Assembly: GCA_023231475.1 (NCBI GenBank)
Contig: JALJEE010001605.1
Location: 62,001 to 126,000 of the forward strand
DNA: 64,000 nucleotides
DNA from: Seison nebaliae
Lineage: Eukaryota
Direction of reading: 5' to 3'
Shown here: positions 13,372 to 25,648 of the stretch, piece by piece
How the letters are laid out: the number at the start of each line of letters is the position of its first letter
Numbering within the stretch: position 1 is the stretch's first letter
Position numbers and translations under genes: made by a program
The notes under the pieces: model-generated
Told to the model about the DNA's origin: nothing
Database searches by the model: none
Seen by the model: the letters and a program-made list of their open reading frames with translations, nothing else

Positions 13372-14959
13372 CAATTTTTTCTAGATAAATTTTTCTGTAT
13401 TTATATAAATAATCCGAATGTTATTCTTCAGTCACAAGATCACTTCTTAATCGTTTATTGAAAAGTCAACAAATTAAATGAAATCATCGGCTAAACATTT
13501 CAGTAAATGATTTACATATATTTTAATCAATTCTGTAACTTCTGTTCTATAAAACATCATCATATCAGAGTTACCACCATTCACAATCTCAGCATATGAA
13601 TAAGATGAGTAATATTGTACTTATTGAAGTTTTTAGTTATTATTGATTATGTCACTAACATATTCTATCATTCAACATTAGCTATAGATACTATAAACTA
13701 AAATATTCAAAGTTCAAGAACTCAATCGACGATCACCGAAGGTTATAAGAGTAATACTCCGAAACAGAAGATCTTTTTTCTAGTTCTCTTACTAGTTCCC
13801 ATCCGATTATATTCAACCGTAATTCCTGAGAATATATATATATTTCTAATATATTTCTAACGGTTTTTATAATACATATGTGTATAAATGATAAAAAGAA
13901 GAAATAATTCTAAATTAAACATTCTAATTAATTCTATATAATTCAACCGGTAAAACCGTTAAAATTCTTATGTACAAGTATATAGATAAGAATAAAAGTT
14001 TCTCAATAAGAATTTCTAAACGAATTAAAATCGCGCAAAATTTTATTATTCTATTTCTCAATTTCTAAAATGACGAAAGAACAAATTGTAGCAGTTGGAT
14101 TCTAGGAACATTCTCACAACATTGTCAGTCGATAAAAAATCCATTGATTTTTTCACAAAAATGCTTTTTTCTATAAGAAATACTTAACGCATAAGATTGA
14201 TTTTACTATGCTTAGAAAGGGCTTTAAATTCTCTAGTATGATATGAAAATATCAATAAAATGAACGGTGGATAACTGTTGTTTTTATTTTATTAGTAAAT
14301 ATACGTAAAACAATCAAGTTATAAATAAAAGTAGTTATTATTATATGAAGTTATCTATTATTCCTAATTATATGGATAAGTCATTTCAATTATGATTCAA
14401 TATGAGTTGTTCAATTTCCCAAAAAAGAGTTGTCAGATTTTCCTCGAAAGAGTTGTCCGATTTTGTAAGTGGGAACTATTCAATTTCCACAGTGTTTGTC
14501 CTCAACCCAGCAATTTGTCATTCACTGTCAGTAATATCACCATCATGATCAAATAATTAAATCGTAAAATATGTAATGGCTGTTGGTTTTTGACTATACT
14601 TGATGTTTCATTCCAACTAATTAATATTCCAAATAAAAGTTATTTGTAGAAGAAAATGAAAATTTAAAAGTATATTATTTAAGCTTTTCCAAAAGTTGAA
14701 CACATCTACATAAATATTTGGAGCTGAGAGGTTGAGCTGACTAAATGAACATTTGTTAAATCGGAATGAAAATTTAAATGAAATGTTAAAGGTGCATAAT
14801 GAGAATTAATGAAGAAAAATATTCTTCTCATTTGTTTCGTTTCTCGATATTTACATCCATTTTCAAATTCAATTTTCTTGTTTCTTATTTTATCTTCTCA
14901 CGTTAAGAAAGAGTGAGAAAAAGTGAGAGTTTAAAAATAAAATTTTAACGTTTCATATA

Positions 14960-16480
14960 ATGAACAAGACAATAGAAAAGATTCATGATCGAGCTGAAAA
15001 CCGATTAGCGAAAGGTGATTTCTATCAAGCACATCAAATGTACAAATCGATGTATTTCCGTTTTATGAATCATTCGAATGAAGCGGATGCAATCTCCATC
15101 GCCCATAATGGTTGTTTACAATTTTTAGAGCACAATCAAATAGAAAGTGCTTTTGACATGGCGAAATCATATATGAATGCTTTAAATAAATTTTCCACGA
15201 AATACTCAGAAGAACGAGAAAGTTCCAATTCTAAATTTAAATATAAATTCTCATTAAATGTTTAGTGGAAATTATGGAAATGATGAAAAAGATGAAAAAA
15301 GTGACAATGGAAGATCGAGAAGAATTATTGACTCAATTTCTACAATGGAGTTCTTCGAATGAAAAAAAGAAAGGTCATCCTCATTTGTTGAAAGGTTTTG
15401 GAGAAATAATGATGGAAGAAGAACATTGGCATCAAGCACGAATCTTTTTAAAAGCTGGAGAGGAAGCAGAAGTATTTACTCGACTTCTAATTCTTATGCA
15501 ACAAGTGGAAGATAAAGATTGTGAAATACAACTCTTTCTCACTCAAGCCATTTTACAGTTAATTTATAAATAATGCAATTTTATTCTAATTAAATTGTTA
15601 GACAATTATCAATGAATCGTTTGGAATTTGCGAAGCAAGTGTACGAATATTATGCCATTAATCATCCAAAATTGAAGATGACTGTAAATGATAATGGAAA
15701 ATCGAAATATCCATTAATCAATTTCTGTTGGTTTCTAGTCGGTACGATAATCAAGTTCTTTTTTTATATAATTAAAAAAATATTAAATATTTCTTATAAA
15801 ACTGAAATAGTAAGAATAAGAATGCTTATCAATTCATTTGTTGGAGATATAAGAATTTGTTGAAAGTGGATTCAGAATATTTTGGATATTTGAAAATGAT
15901 CGATCGAATTTATTTCAATATCGTTACGAATACTCAATCGTCAAATCCAGTAGGTTCATTTTTTTGTAATTGAAAAACATTTAATAAAAATTAATTGTCA
16001 GATATGATTATGCGTATGATGATGGGTGGTCCTCCACAATCTAACACTTCAAACACAACAACTACACAATCTGCCCCCACTAATCCATTAGCTAATTTAT
16101 TTTCTTCAATTGGAAATGATTTGTTCAATATGCCATCTGGGTCACCACAATCTTGTTCTCAATTTCCGACCCGACAACAACAACAACAACAGCAACAGAC
16201 TCGTCTAACTGGAACGACGACATTAAGTGGAAAGAAGGATGAGAGGAATGTGGAAGATGCAGAAATGGATGATGAACAACCGATGAAACGATCGAAACAT
16301 AATTCTCATGCGCAACGTATGTCGAAATTGAAATCATTATTTAATTTACCATCCAAAAAGAAGACAAATAAGAACAATAATAATAATGAAAATGATACAG
16401 ATGAGGAATTCTTCGACGCTGAAGATATTAGTCGAGTAGGAAAAATGAAAGATCTCGATGTTGATTTAGATTTGGATTAA
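14960..16480 (+). CDS. GET4: Golgi to ER traffic protein 4 (5 exons)
   Basis: GDFYQAHQMYKSMYFRF, GHPHL, LFLTQAILQ and YPLINFCWFL motifs, followed by a low-complexity tail ending DLD. Confidence 0.9.
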
Positions 16481-16691
16481 TTGTGGTAAATTGATAATGG
16501 TGAAAATTCAATTGAAGGAAAATGATAAAAACTTTTTTCAAAAACATTTATTTTTCTATAAATACAACCTTCCTCCCTACAGTCCTCCCCCGAAACATTT
16601 CTTCCTTCTTTCCTTTAAAAAAGAAAAGTAAATCAATTTCCTTACACTTCTTCTCTGTAACACAAAGTTTACATTTCTAGTGAGGAAAAAT

Positions 16692-16763
16692 GAGAGAGAA
16701 AGAGAGAAAGAGAGAAAGAGAGAAAGAGAGAGAGAGAGTGAGTGCATATAATATATATATATA
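16692..16763. repeat. (GA)n-rich microsatellite followed by an (AT)n tract
   Basis: gagagagaaagagagaaagagagaaag... followed by atatatatatat, directly visible. Confidence 0.9.
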
Positions 16764-16966
16764 TGATATTATCTAAATGTATTATATAAATTTCATTTAA
16801 ACAATTATCTAAAATATTCCAATTATTGTTCCATCAATCAAATTCATTTTCTTTTGAAATTCTCTTTCTCTTCCTCATTTCTTTTCTCCATCATAAAGAA
16901 AAAAGAAAAATCAGATGCTTTCTCTTTTTTATCATGTAAATCTTTTGTATTAGCTCGTCTTAGATT

Positions 16967-19005
16967 ATGCAGAATACCAATGGAATGTATAGTGCCATCT
17001 CATGGATGACGGTAAATGAAATGAATACGTCAATCTGTACGAAAGTGAGAGCATTCGCATTTCTAGCAATATTCACATTTCTCGTTCTATTCTATACGAC
17101 GAAAGAAAGATTCCATTTGAAACGGACAGCTCGTACTAATATATTGGAAACTTTATTAGACCAACATGACAATAATTTATGTAATAATAAACATCTTCAA
17201 TTACATAATGTCATCGCCATTTCATTACCAGCACTTCCGTCCTATTACCAGACAAATATAAAATCATTTTCAGAAATTGTCATTCCTCATTTGCGAATGT
17301 ATTCCTCCATCGTCAAATTGTTATTATTATTATTCCCTTTTTATTATTCTTTTTTTTTAAATTTGATTTATAAAACTTTAGTTGGTATAATTGGAAAGAG
17401 ATGAAAAAGAATAAAAGTCGAATTAACACATCGATAAAAGAAGCATATGCATGGCGAATAAGAATTTATCATAACTTTACTGGAGATGCTGATTTTGAGA
17501 AAGATCTCTTACAATTGATCTCGACGGAAATGATGGATCCAAATCTAATTGATTTATGTGATATCCGTTTTCTACCAGTATTGAAAGATCATTTAAAATC
17601 AACAAATCCATCATTATGGCCATTCATCGGTATTGCTGATCCGTCTGTAAATCGAATATTATTCCGTCGTATTGAAACGTTTCCCACTCAACGTGAATTG
17701 TTTGCCGTTATCCAATGGATGATCTCTCAAAGAACTTGGCATGCCGTTTATGATACGTATGATCGATTACCATCCATCCATACTCATACGCATATTTATG
17801 GTTATTACAATTGGAATATGGATTATGGACAGAAAATTTTCAAAAATTTATTTGATCATTTTCATTCAGAAATTGGTGCACTTTCAGTTATTGGACGGAA
17901 GATTGATGACGATACCGATTTGACAAATGAGAATGCAAATAAATTATTAATCGAATTATTAGAATCGAAAAAACAATTCTCTTCAATGCTCATTCTCAAT
18001 CGATCCACCACACATCGATGTTATAAATCGTTGTATGATTATCGTCGAACATTATTGAATCATCGATTACCTGTCAATCAATGTAGTTGGTGTGGTACGA
18101 TCTTGAAACATCTCTATGCTCCATGTCGACAATATTATAAGAATTATTCAACTGATTCAATTCAAACTGATAAAAATACAATAATTTCAACTCATACTAA
18201 AAATAAAGAGAAATTCTCTTTCGTTACACCAGGGATAACGATTGAGAGAACTTCTCCATCAAATATCACAAGAAATAATTTGAAAAATAATTCATTAGAA
18301 TATCTTCTTCCATCCGATTATATTTCTCGAACATTCCGATCAATTATCAATTGTCTCTTATCCATCATCGATCAATCACAACATTCCGTTGGATTAAACG
18401 CCGAGAAGATCATGATGGAATTATTGACGATTATTTTGAACGGAGAGAATGTGCAAATGATAAATGTGTTTGTTGATAATCGATTAAATCGATCAAATCC
18501 TCGAGGATTTTGTTTACCACCAAATTTACAATTCGGAAATCCACCACGTTTATCTCACAATTATTTAAATCAGACTCATTACAAATTATCACAATGTGAA
18601 TCGTGGTTGTATAATCAAAAAATACCTTTATCATTCTTTGATCATCATTATGAAAAGAAGTTGTTTGATGGAACATTTGACATCGTCCAAGAATTATTCT
18701 TCCCATTATTCAGCAATGAAAACATTTCTTTCCATCATCCCACATTTCTCAACCAAATGATGGCACATGAACAACATCTCACCAAAATTTTAACAACAAA
18801 TCTTAATTCTACTTCTTCCAACAACACTACAAAATTATTTTATCCTTTAAAATATTTATTTTATGATTGTACAAAAAAACTGAATATTACACAGTCTCTC
18901 AATTATATCGAAGAGGGTGAGGAGATAATGGATTGTCTAGACACCCACCATCAGCAACAGTTAAAAATTATACGTCATCAAAATTTTCAAGAAATTTGTT
19001 TTTAA
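16967..19005 (+). CDS. Type II membrane protein with a degenerate glycosyltransferase-like domain (2 exons)
   Basis: N-terminal TM segment, then WRIRIYH, IDLCDI and LWPF..ADPSV..RE..AV..W..HAVYD. This resembles the uncharacterised 'WRF..DP.VD..SRDLD..RE..AV.EW..H.MRD' family, recognised from memory rather than by search. Intron at about 17320-17381. Confidence 0.55.
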
Positions 19006-19308
19006 TTGAAAAATAATTTTCTCATTTTTCCTTCATTCTCATTCAAACTACTGGAACATCTATCAAGAGGTTGATCGATACTCGTATTAATTACTGAAAT
19101 CATTTATTAAACTCCTTATTTGATTATCCTCTCCAACCACATTAGTTTATTATTCTATCGCCATCTATAGAAATATTTATTAATATTATTCAAATAATTT
19201 TTTTATTAAATTTTCGTTTATTTTCTTATAATTCTCACAACGATAATTAATTAAATTGAGAAATTTAACAGTTTTTGAAAGAAGGAAGGTAAAATGGAAA
19301 GAAAAAAA

Positions 19309-20330
19309 TTAGAGGAAATTCGTTTTCTTCGTTGTTGGTGAATTTGTTGTCTTGTTATCTCCTTTCTGCATATCATACTTATAGTAATTATAAGCACATA
19401 AAGAAATGGTAAATAAGATACATCCAAAGAAAGTACTTATTCCAGCTATCATGATCTTCTTTTCCGTTTCTTGTAATACTTAAAATTAATTATAAAAAAT
19501 TTGAAAAATTTCATCAAATTTTCAAAAGTGAAACGTAAAAACTCTAACATGAATAACTACAATTTATCTTGTCACTTTTTACCGAAGATATACTAGCTTG
19601 ATCATCACCACATTGATCATTACGATTACATAAGTTTCTTTGACTTATACACACTCCCGCAGATTCACAATGAATTTGTTGTTTTGAGGGACATTCTGCA
19701 TTTCTTCGAGTACGCGCTAATGTCAATACGAATTGGAAACCTTCTCCATTATTAAATTTACTTCCATCCGTTACGAAATGGAAATAAATATGATCTCTTT
19801 TCATCAACGTGAAGAATTTGGGTGCAACATTCCCAAAATAATTGTGACCACAATATCGAAAGAACGGTTGAGAATTAGATACCATACGACCCGGCGTTTT
19901 CCCTGAGACGAGAACATAGTCACCTTTCTTATCGACTAGGAAAAGAGGTTTACAATCTTCAGGATGAACATCGAAATATTCTGCTGCCACAAGTAATCCA
20001 TATTCATTTTCTTTTACACCAAATCGCTTATCCTCCGATAGAAGTTTAGAATTCCATTTAACTTTAACCCAACAGTCCAAATTCTCGGGGTACGTTTGGA
20101 AGACGTAGAATGGCGAATAAAAAGAAGGATGAGAAATTAATAGAACGCTTTGTTGTTCAGCATTTATAGTTATAGTTTCACGGCATATTTTCGTCATAAA
20201 ATCTTTAACGGAAACTCTTAAAATTTGAAATTTAAAGAAATGGAAAACATTTCGGCAATTCGTCGCATAGTCGTTGTGGAAATAATTGGAATAGGAAGAA
20301 GAGGAGTACTCTAATTAAATAATAATCCAT
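19309..20330 (-). CDS. CUB + LDL-receptor class A domain single-pass membrane protein
   Basis: Signal peptide, CUB motifs (YPENLDCWV, GDYV, RYCG, FHFVTDG..GF), an LDLa repeat (C..IHCESAGVCISQRNLCNRNDQCGD) and a C-terminal TM exon. Confidence 0.85.
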
Positions 20331-20363
20331 GGAGATGATTACCTATTCCCAATTTATCGAAGA

Positions 20364-21822
20364 ATGAACAATTTTATAATTTTTGCGCCAATTTTATCTT
20401 GCAATGTTTGGAAAGTTGTTGGAAATGAAAGTTTAAATTTAAAGAAATTAAAATTTGAGATGTTTATCTTTTTTTACATTTCTTAATATAGTCGCGACGA
20501 AACCCGTTTCACATACTTCTTATCATGTCTGGGTTTTCATTTGTATCGTTTTGTCAATTTGTATGGTAGCTCTCCTAATATATGCTTGTTGTACACTCAA
20601 CAGTCATTTTGCATTTTTTGGTCAATGGTTCATTTTATTCATTATTTTGACGTCGTATTTCAATCTATTTCAAATTAGTTGTGATGATGAATTTGATGAG
20701 GAACGCCCTAAATGTTCTCAATTGAAAAAGAAGAAAGTAATTTATTATTACGTACAACCAGAAGGAGAGAATTATGATTCTGATTGTAGTTGTGCCACTT
20801 TCTGTCCATTCGATCATGGTGATCCGTGTAATGAAATTGCTCCAAGAGAAAGGATGAATGTCGAATATGGAGAATATGGATGTGCATATGATGATAGGAA
20901 AATGCATTCATCTATTCCTAGTTCACCAACGGCGTTGGAAGCTCATCTGTCAAGACAAGCTCGTCGAACTGAATCACCAATTCCTGATCATAATCATCGA
21001 ACTGGACAAACATCAAAAATTCCAACAAATAAAACTTATCGAAATGGACATAATACATCGAGGATTCCAACGGATAAAACTTACCGAAATGAACATACAT
21101 CCAATACTCAAAAGGAAAAAAGTCATTATGGAAATCGAACTCCTGTAAGTAGAAGTGGACGGAAAAGTAATCATAGCATACGTGGAGATGGAAGTAATCG
21201 TAGTTTAAGTGGCGGTGTAAGTAATCATAGTAGAACAGGAAGTAACCATCAACATGTAGACAACGGAAGAAGTGGATACAACACAAAAGATGAATCCAAA
21301 GAGAAATACGCATTTCTTAATCGTACTGAAGGAAAATCATTTAACAAATTAAATACAGTAAAAAGTGGTCATTTCGGTGGTGAAGGTGCTGGTAGGAGTA
21401 GTGCATTTAGTAATTATTCATTCGAAAGATTCACCAACATTTCCCCATCTAATGAAGGTAAACATAATTCATTTACCTCTTATAAACCGTGGAGAAAAGA
21501 TACTAATCTAAATCTGAACCAACCAATAGGTGGAAAAACTTTTGAATCTCGAATTAACTTTTCAAATCGGTCAAATAATGAACAAAAATTAAATTTGATG
21601 GGAATGAATAGTAGACCGTTGGGAAGAAGTGAACGTAAATTCGAAGATATTAAGAACAAACAATTTCCTTCTTTAGAAAGAAATAATTTTGGGATTGGAC
21701 TACCTCATATACATCAACCAAAAATTATAAATAACAATAATAACAACAATAATAATAGTTTGACATTCTTTTTAAAAAAAATGGAAATAATTAAATTTTC
21801 AATTATCAGGAACTTTAGATAA
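20364..21822 (+). CDS. Uncharacterised single-pass membrane protein with a long disordered S/R/N/H-rich tail
   Basis: 455-aa ORF with a TM segment followed by CC. ATG at 20364 joins it in frame through a phase-1 GTT-AG intron. The exact C-terminus is uncertain. Confidence 0.6.
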
Positions 21823-22638
21823 GAATGACGATCTCCTGGAATTTTGTGAATAGTTTTTCTTTTTCTCTTTGAAAACATTTGTCGAATTTTGATTTTATTG
21901 TTATTCATAGTCTCGAGAAGAAGCAATGGAATGATGATGATATTAGTAATAGTTTGTATAACTTAAAAATATAATTTTCCAATATCTTAATGATACTCAA
22001 TTTTATGTAATTTGAAGTAGATCTTTCTGATTATCCACCAGAATATTACGATTTTCGAGACGAAGAATAACGAAAGAAAAATTGATATTTAGGAAATTGT
22101 TCTTTAGATTTTTTTCTTGAAAATTTTCATTCTACTATGACTATTCCGTTATTAATTGTATATTATAAATCATTTTTATTCTCATACAATATAATTCTTT
22201 ATGACAATTGTGATTGGAAGAATAAAATTTGAGAAATTTTTAAATTTATTTGAATGATTTTAACATAAAATAATCTACATTCGAAAGAATTCTCAACACC
22301 ATATAACAGGATATCGAACATTTATAAGATATTGATCAACAGAAATTTGATAAGACTATTAAAAAAAATGTAGTCCGGTTATCATCATATTTTCTCAACG
22401 TTGTAAAAATGAATTAGATAAGAATAAGATAATATTTCTTAATATGTTCACGATGAGAAAATATTTTAGAAGATATAGATAGACTACCTCTTTTTAACAT
22501 CTTAAAGGAAATGGAATCGAAACGTTCATCAAAAGTGAAATGTAATAAAATCTTAAATCTTATTTTAGTAGAATTAATTAAACGACATTTTTTAAATTAC
22601 TCAATTTTTCAAGATTTTCATACTTTTCAATTTGACGA

Positions 22639-24723
22639 TTAACGATAACGTTGACGATATCTGTCATAATTTCTTTGTCTTTCACGATGATGATACGGTC
22701 TCTCATGCTAAGAAAGATTAATGAAGAAATATGAAAAAAAATTTGAAAATTAAAAAAAAACTTTATCTATATTGTTGGGTCCAATTCGATCATAAACTGA
22801 TATTCGATGCATTCTTGATGGATTATCATCATAGCGCATATTATCTGGAGACATAGATCGAGATTTCGATCTTGATCCAGAATCAGCTGAAGAACAAGAT
22901 GAAGTATCATCATTACAGGATGATGAAGAACATGAATGTTTGAAATTATTTTCATCTGTTTTCATTCGTGATTCTGTGATATCTGTGATTCGTTTATTAT
23001 TGAAATGTTGTACATATTCTTCATATGTATCAAATTGAGTAATATCACATTGACCAGTTAATTTCCGTTTGATCATTTCTTCTGAGATATGATTAGCTTC
23101 CGAATTTCTTTTATGTCTCGAATGTTTCGATCTTCGAGAATGTCCACTTTCTTTTTTCTCATATCTACCATGAGTATAATAACGATGATCATGAAAATCA
23201 TGATGTTTGTGATGACTTCGATGATGATGATGATCAGGTGATGAATCGGAAGAATATCGACCGTGACCATGTCTCCGTTCGTTAGTTTCTTGATGATCTT
23301 TGACTATAGAATTCTCTCGTTCAATCGCTTTCTCTACAATCGGTCGAAGATTAATTGAACCATCACTGGGGAATAGTCGACATAATTGTTCACCAGTTTT
23401 CGGATCTATTTCTGTTCCATCTCTTCCAATTTTCACTTCTTTCCCATCATTATAGCCATTCCTCAAACTTTGAGCAACAGAAAAACTTAAAGATTCTCTG
23501 ATTGAGAAAATTTGAAATAAATTTAAAAATGAAATTAAATTATAACTTTGTTATCCAATCGAGTTTAAAGGTTCCTCGAAGAACTTCAGGATTCAATTTA
23601 CTCGGTAACACCCATGGAATTGGAGAGAGATCTCTCCTCGATCTCTCAGCAATTCGAGCGAATCCTTGAAACATTCGACTTTCTTGAACGGAAAATAATA
23701 GGAGAACATTCTTGTTACTCTAAAGAATATTGATTTTATTTCAATAGAAGAATTATTTGTAAAAAAAATAATTTAAAAATAAAATTAACTGAAAATGCTT
23801 TGTTCAAAATTGATTCATTCTTTGGAAATGTCGCCCAAACATTCTGAATTGAGAGAAATAGAAATTATTTTCAATAAACATTTTTCATAAAGAAAAATAA
23901 AAATTACCTTTTCCTTTGCAATCTGTACATTCTCATGATTAATACTTTTGATAATGAAATATCGTGCATGATGGAAAATATGACGGAATTGCATTGCCGG
24001 ATCTATAAGGGAAATAATGAAATATTAAAAAATTCGATATACATTTCAATTTCAATTGAAAAGGAGAAATATGTCAATTCTAACCATCATAACAATTGGC
24101 TGATGGTGGAACTTTGGGAGGCATTCGATGCATTTGAGCCATCATCATATACGTTGCTCGTGATTGTGGAACACAGAAAATTCCAGTTGTACTTGGAGGA
24201 AAATTGAATGCATCCGCTTTTGGTACAATTGTCCCATTATCTGAAAAGAGAGAAATGTGTGATTGAAGGAGAAGAATGGATTAAAATAGAATGATGAATA
24301 AAGAGAAAGGAGTAAACTGTCGAAATTATTTTGAGGGAATTTTTGAATGAAATTTCCATCCGTTATTGTTGATGGTGGTTCATTATCATTATTGTGTGTT
24401 TTCAATGAATCATCATCAAACGATTGAGGATTATTATAAGATTCCTCTTTTAACTTTATTGAAGAATTATTTTGTTCAATTTTAGTCTTATCTGGAAAGT
24501 TAGAGGAATTACAATCTGCATGCGAAATATTTGTGCGATCATTTAATTCATTAAAAGTCGACAAAGTCTCCCTATCATGATTATTATTATGATTATTATT
24601 AATATTGTCTTTACAATTCTTCATTTCATTGTCGTCCATTTTCTCATTTTCTCCTTCACCATTTTTCGACGTCATCCCACCATCAATTTCCATTGAATTC
24701 ATCCTATCTTCATACATTAACAT
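22639..24723 (-). CDS. YTHDC1: YTH domain-containing protein 1 (nuclear m6A reader), 7 exons
   Basis: ARYFIIKSINHENVQIAK, NVWAT, LLFSVQES..FQGFAR, IPWVLP, FKLDW and VKIGRDGTEI..GEQLCRLF, plus an R/S/H-rich tail. Confidence 0.92.
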
Positions 24724-25648
24724 TAATGTTTCTTTCTGATTTGATGGAACTTATTTATTTCAATCCACTAATCAAATCACAATCAATATCCAAATTGTAA
24801 TTGATTGAATTGTAGATACGAAATCTAATGGATGATAAACAAAGTTGAACAAATTAGAAAATTTTATTATTTTAATCAAGACATAAATTTCATTACATGA
24901 CATGAAAAAACATCATAATTTTTCCTTCATTTTCACTTCAACTGATTCATCAGCTAAAATTTCATTTGAATAAATCATTTAAATATTCCTCTTTTATCCA
25001 ATACGAACATATCTTATGAAATTCAACTGCAATACTCGACAATGTGTTTGTCAAATATTACAAAGCTTTTTAATTCCCTTCAACAACGAGCAACGAACAA
25101 CTGGAAAACGATAACCATTCGTCTCTACTTTCTCTCTCCCAATCTTTATCTGTCTGTTTTTCATTGAGCTCTCGTTGAAATTATTTACATTTTACAAACA
25201 TCTTTCTCAAATAGAAATGAATTGAAAGAAATTTTTTTTATTTTTCTTTCCCACCAAAACTTTAAGAGATGAAACTTATTTTAGAAATTTGATAATAAAA
25301 TATTTACTTTTCTCACAAAGAATATCAGAACTAAACATTGCTCTCTCACCATCACTTTTCTACTCACAAACTTGTCGAACTATAGTGATTAAATTCATTA
25401 GATTTATTTATGGTAAATTTTGAATTGAAATTTAAATAAAAAATTACGTTTTCTTGTGTTTTAAATGAAATTTCAATAAGTTTTAGGAAAATTATTTTGA
25501 AAATTTTTTCTTTTTCATATAATAGTTTCCTTACTTAATTTTACATAATAGTATTAAAATGTACATTAATCCATTATGAAATGTTGATTAAAAATGACAG
25601 CTCAAAAAATAATTGAAGAAAGAAAATAATCGAATAAATTATTAAATA

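Noticed and set aside
14422..14464. Two near-identical copies of AAAGAGTTGTCNGATTTT
   Set aside because: Only two units with a tiny spacer, so a simple local duplication and not a CRISPR-like array.
14960..16480. Genes split over several ORFs, suggesting frameshifting, an alternative genetic code or pseudogenes
   Set aside because: The breaks I traced are explained by short GT-AG introns in the right phase, and long exons read through in the standard code.
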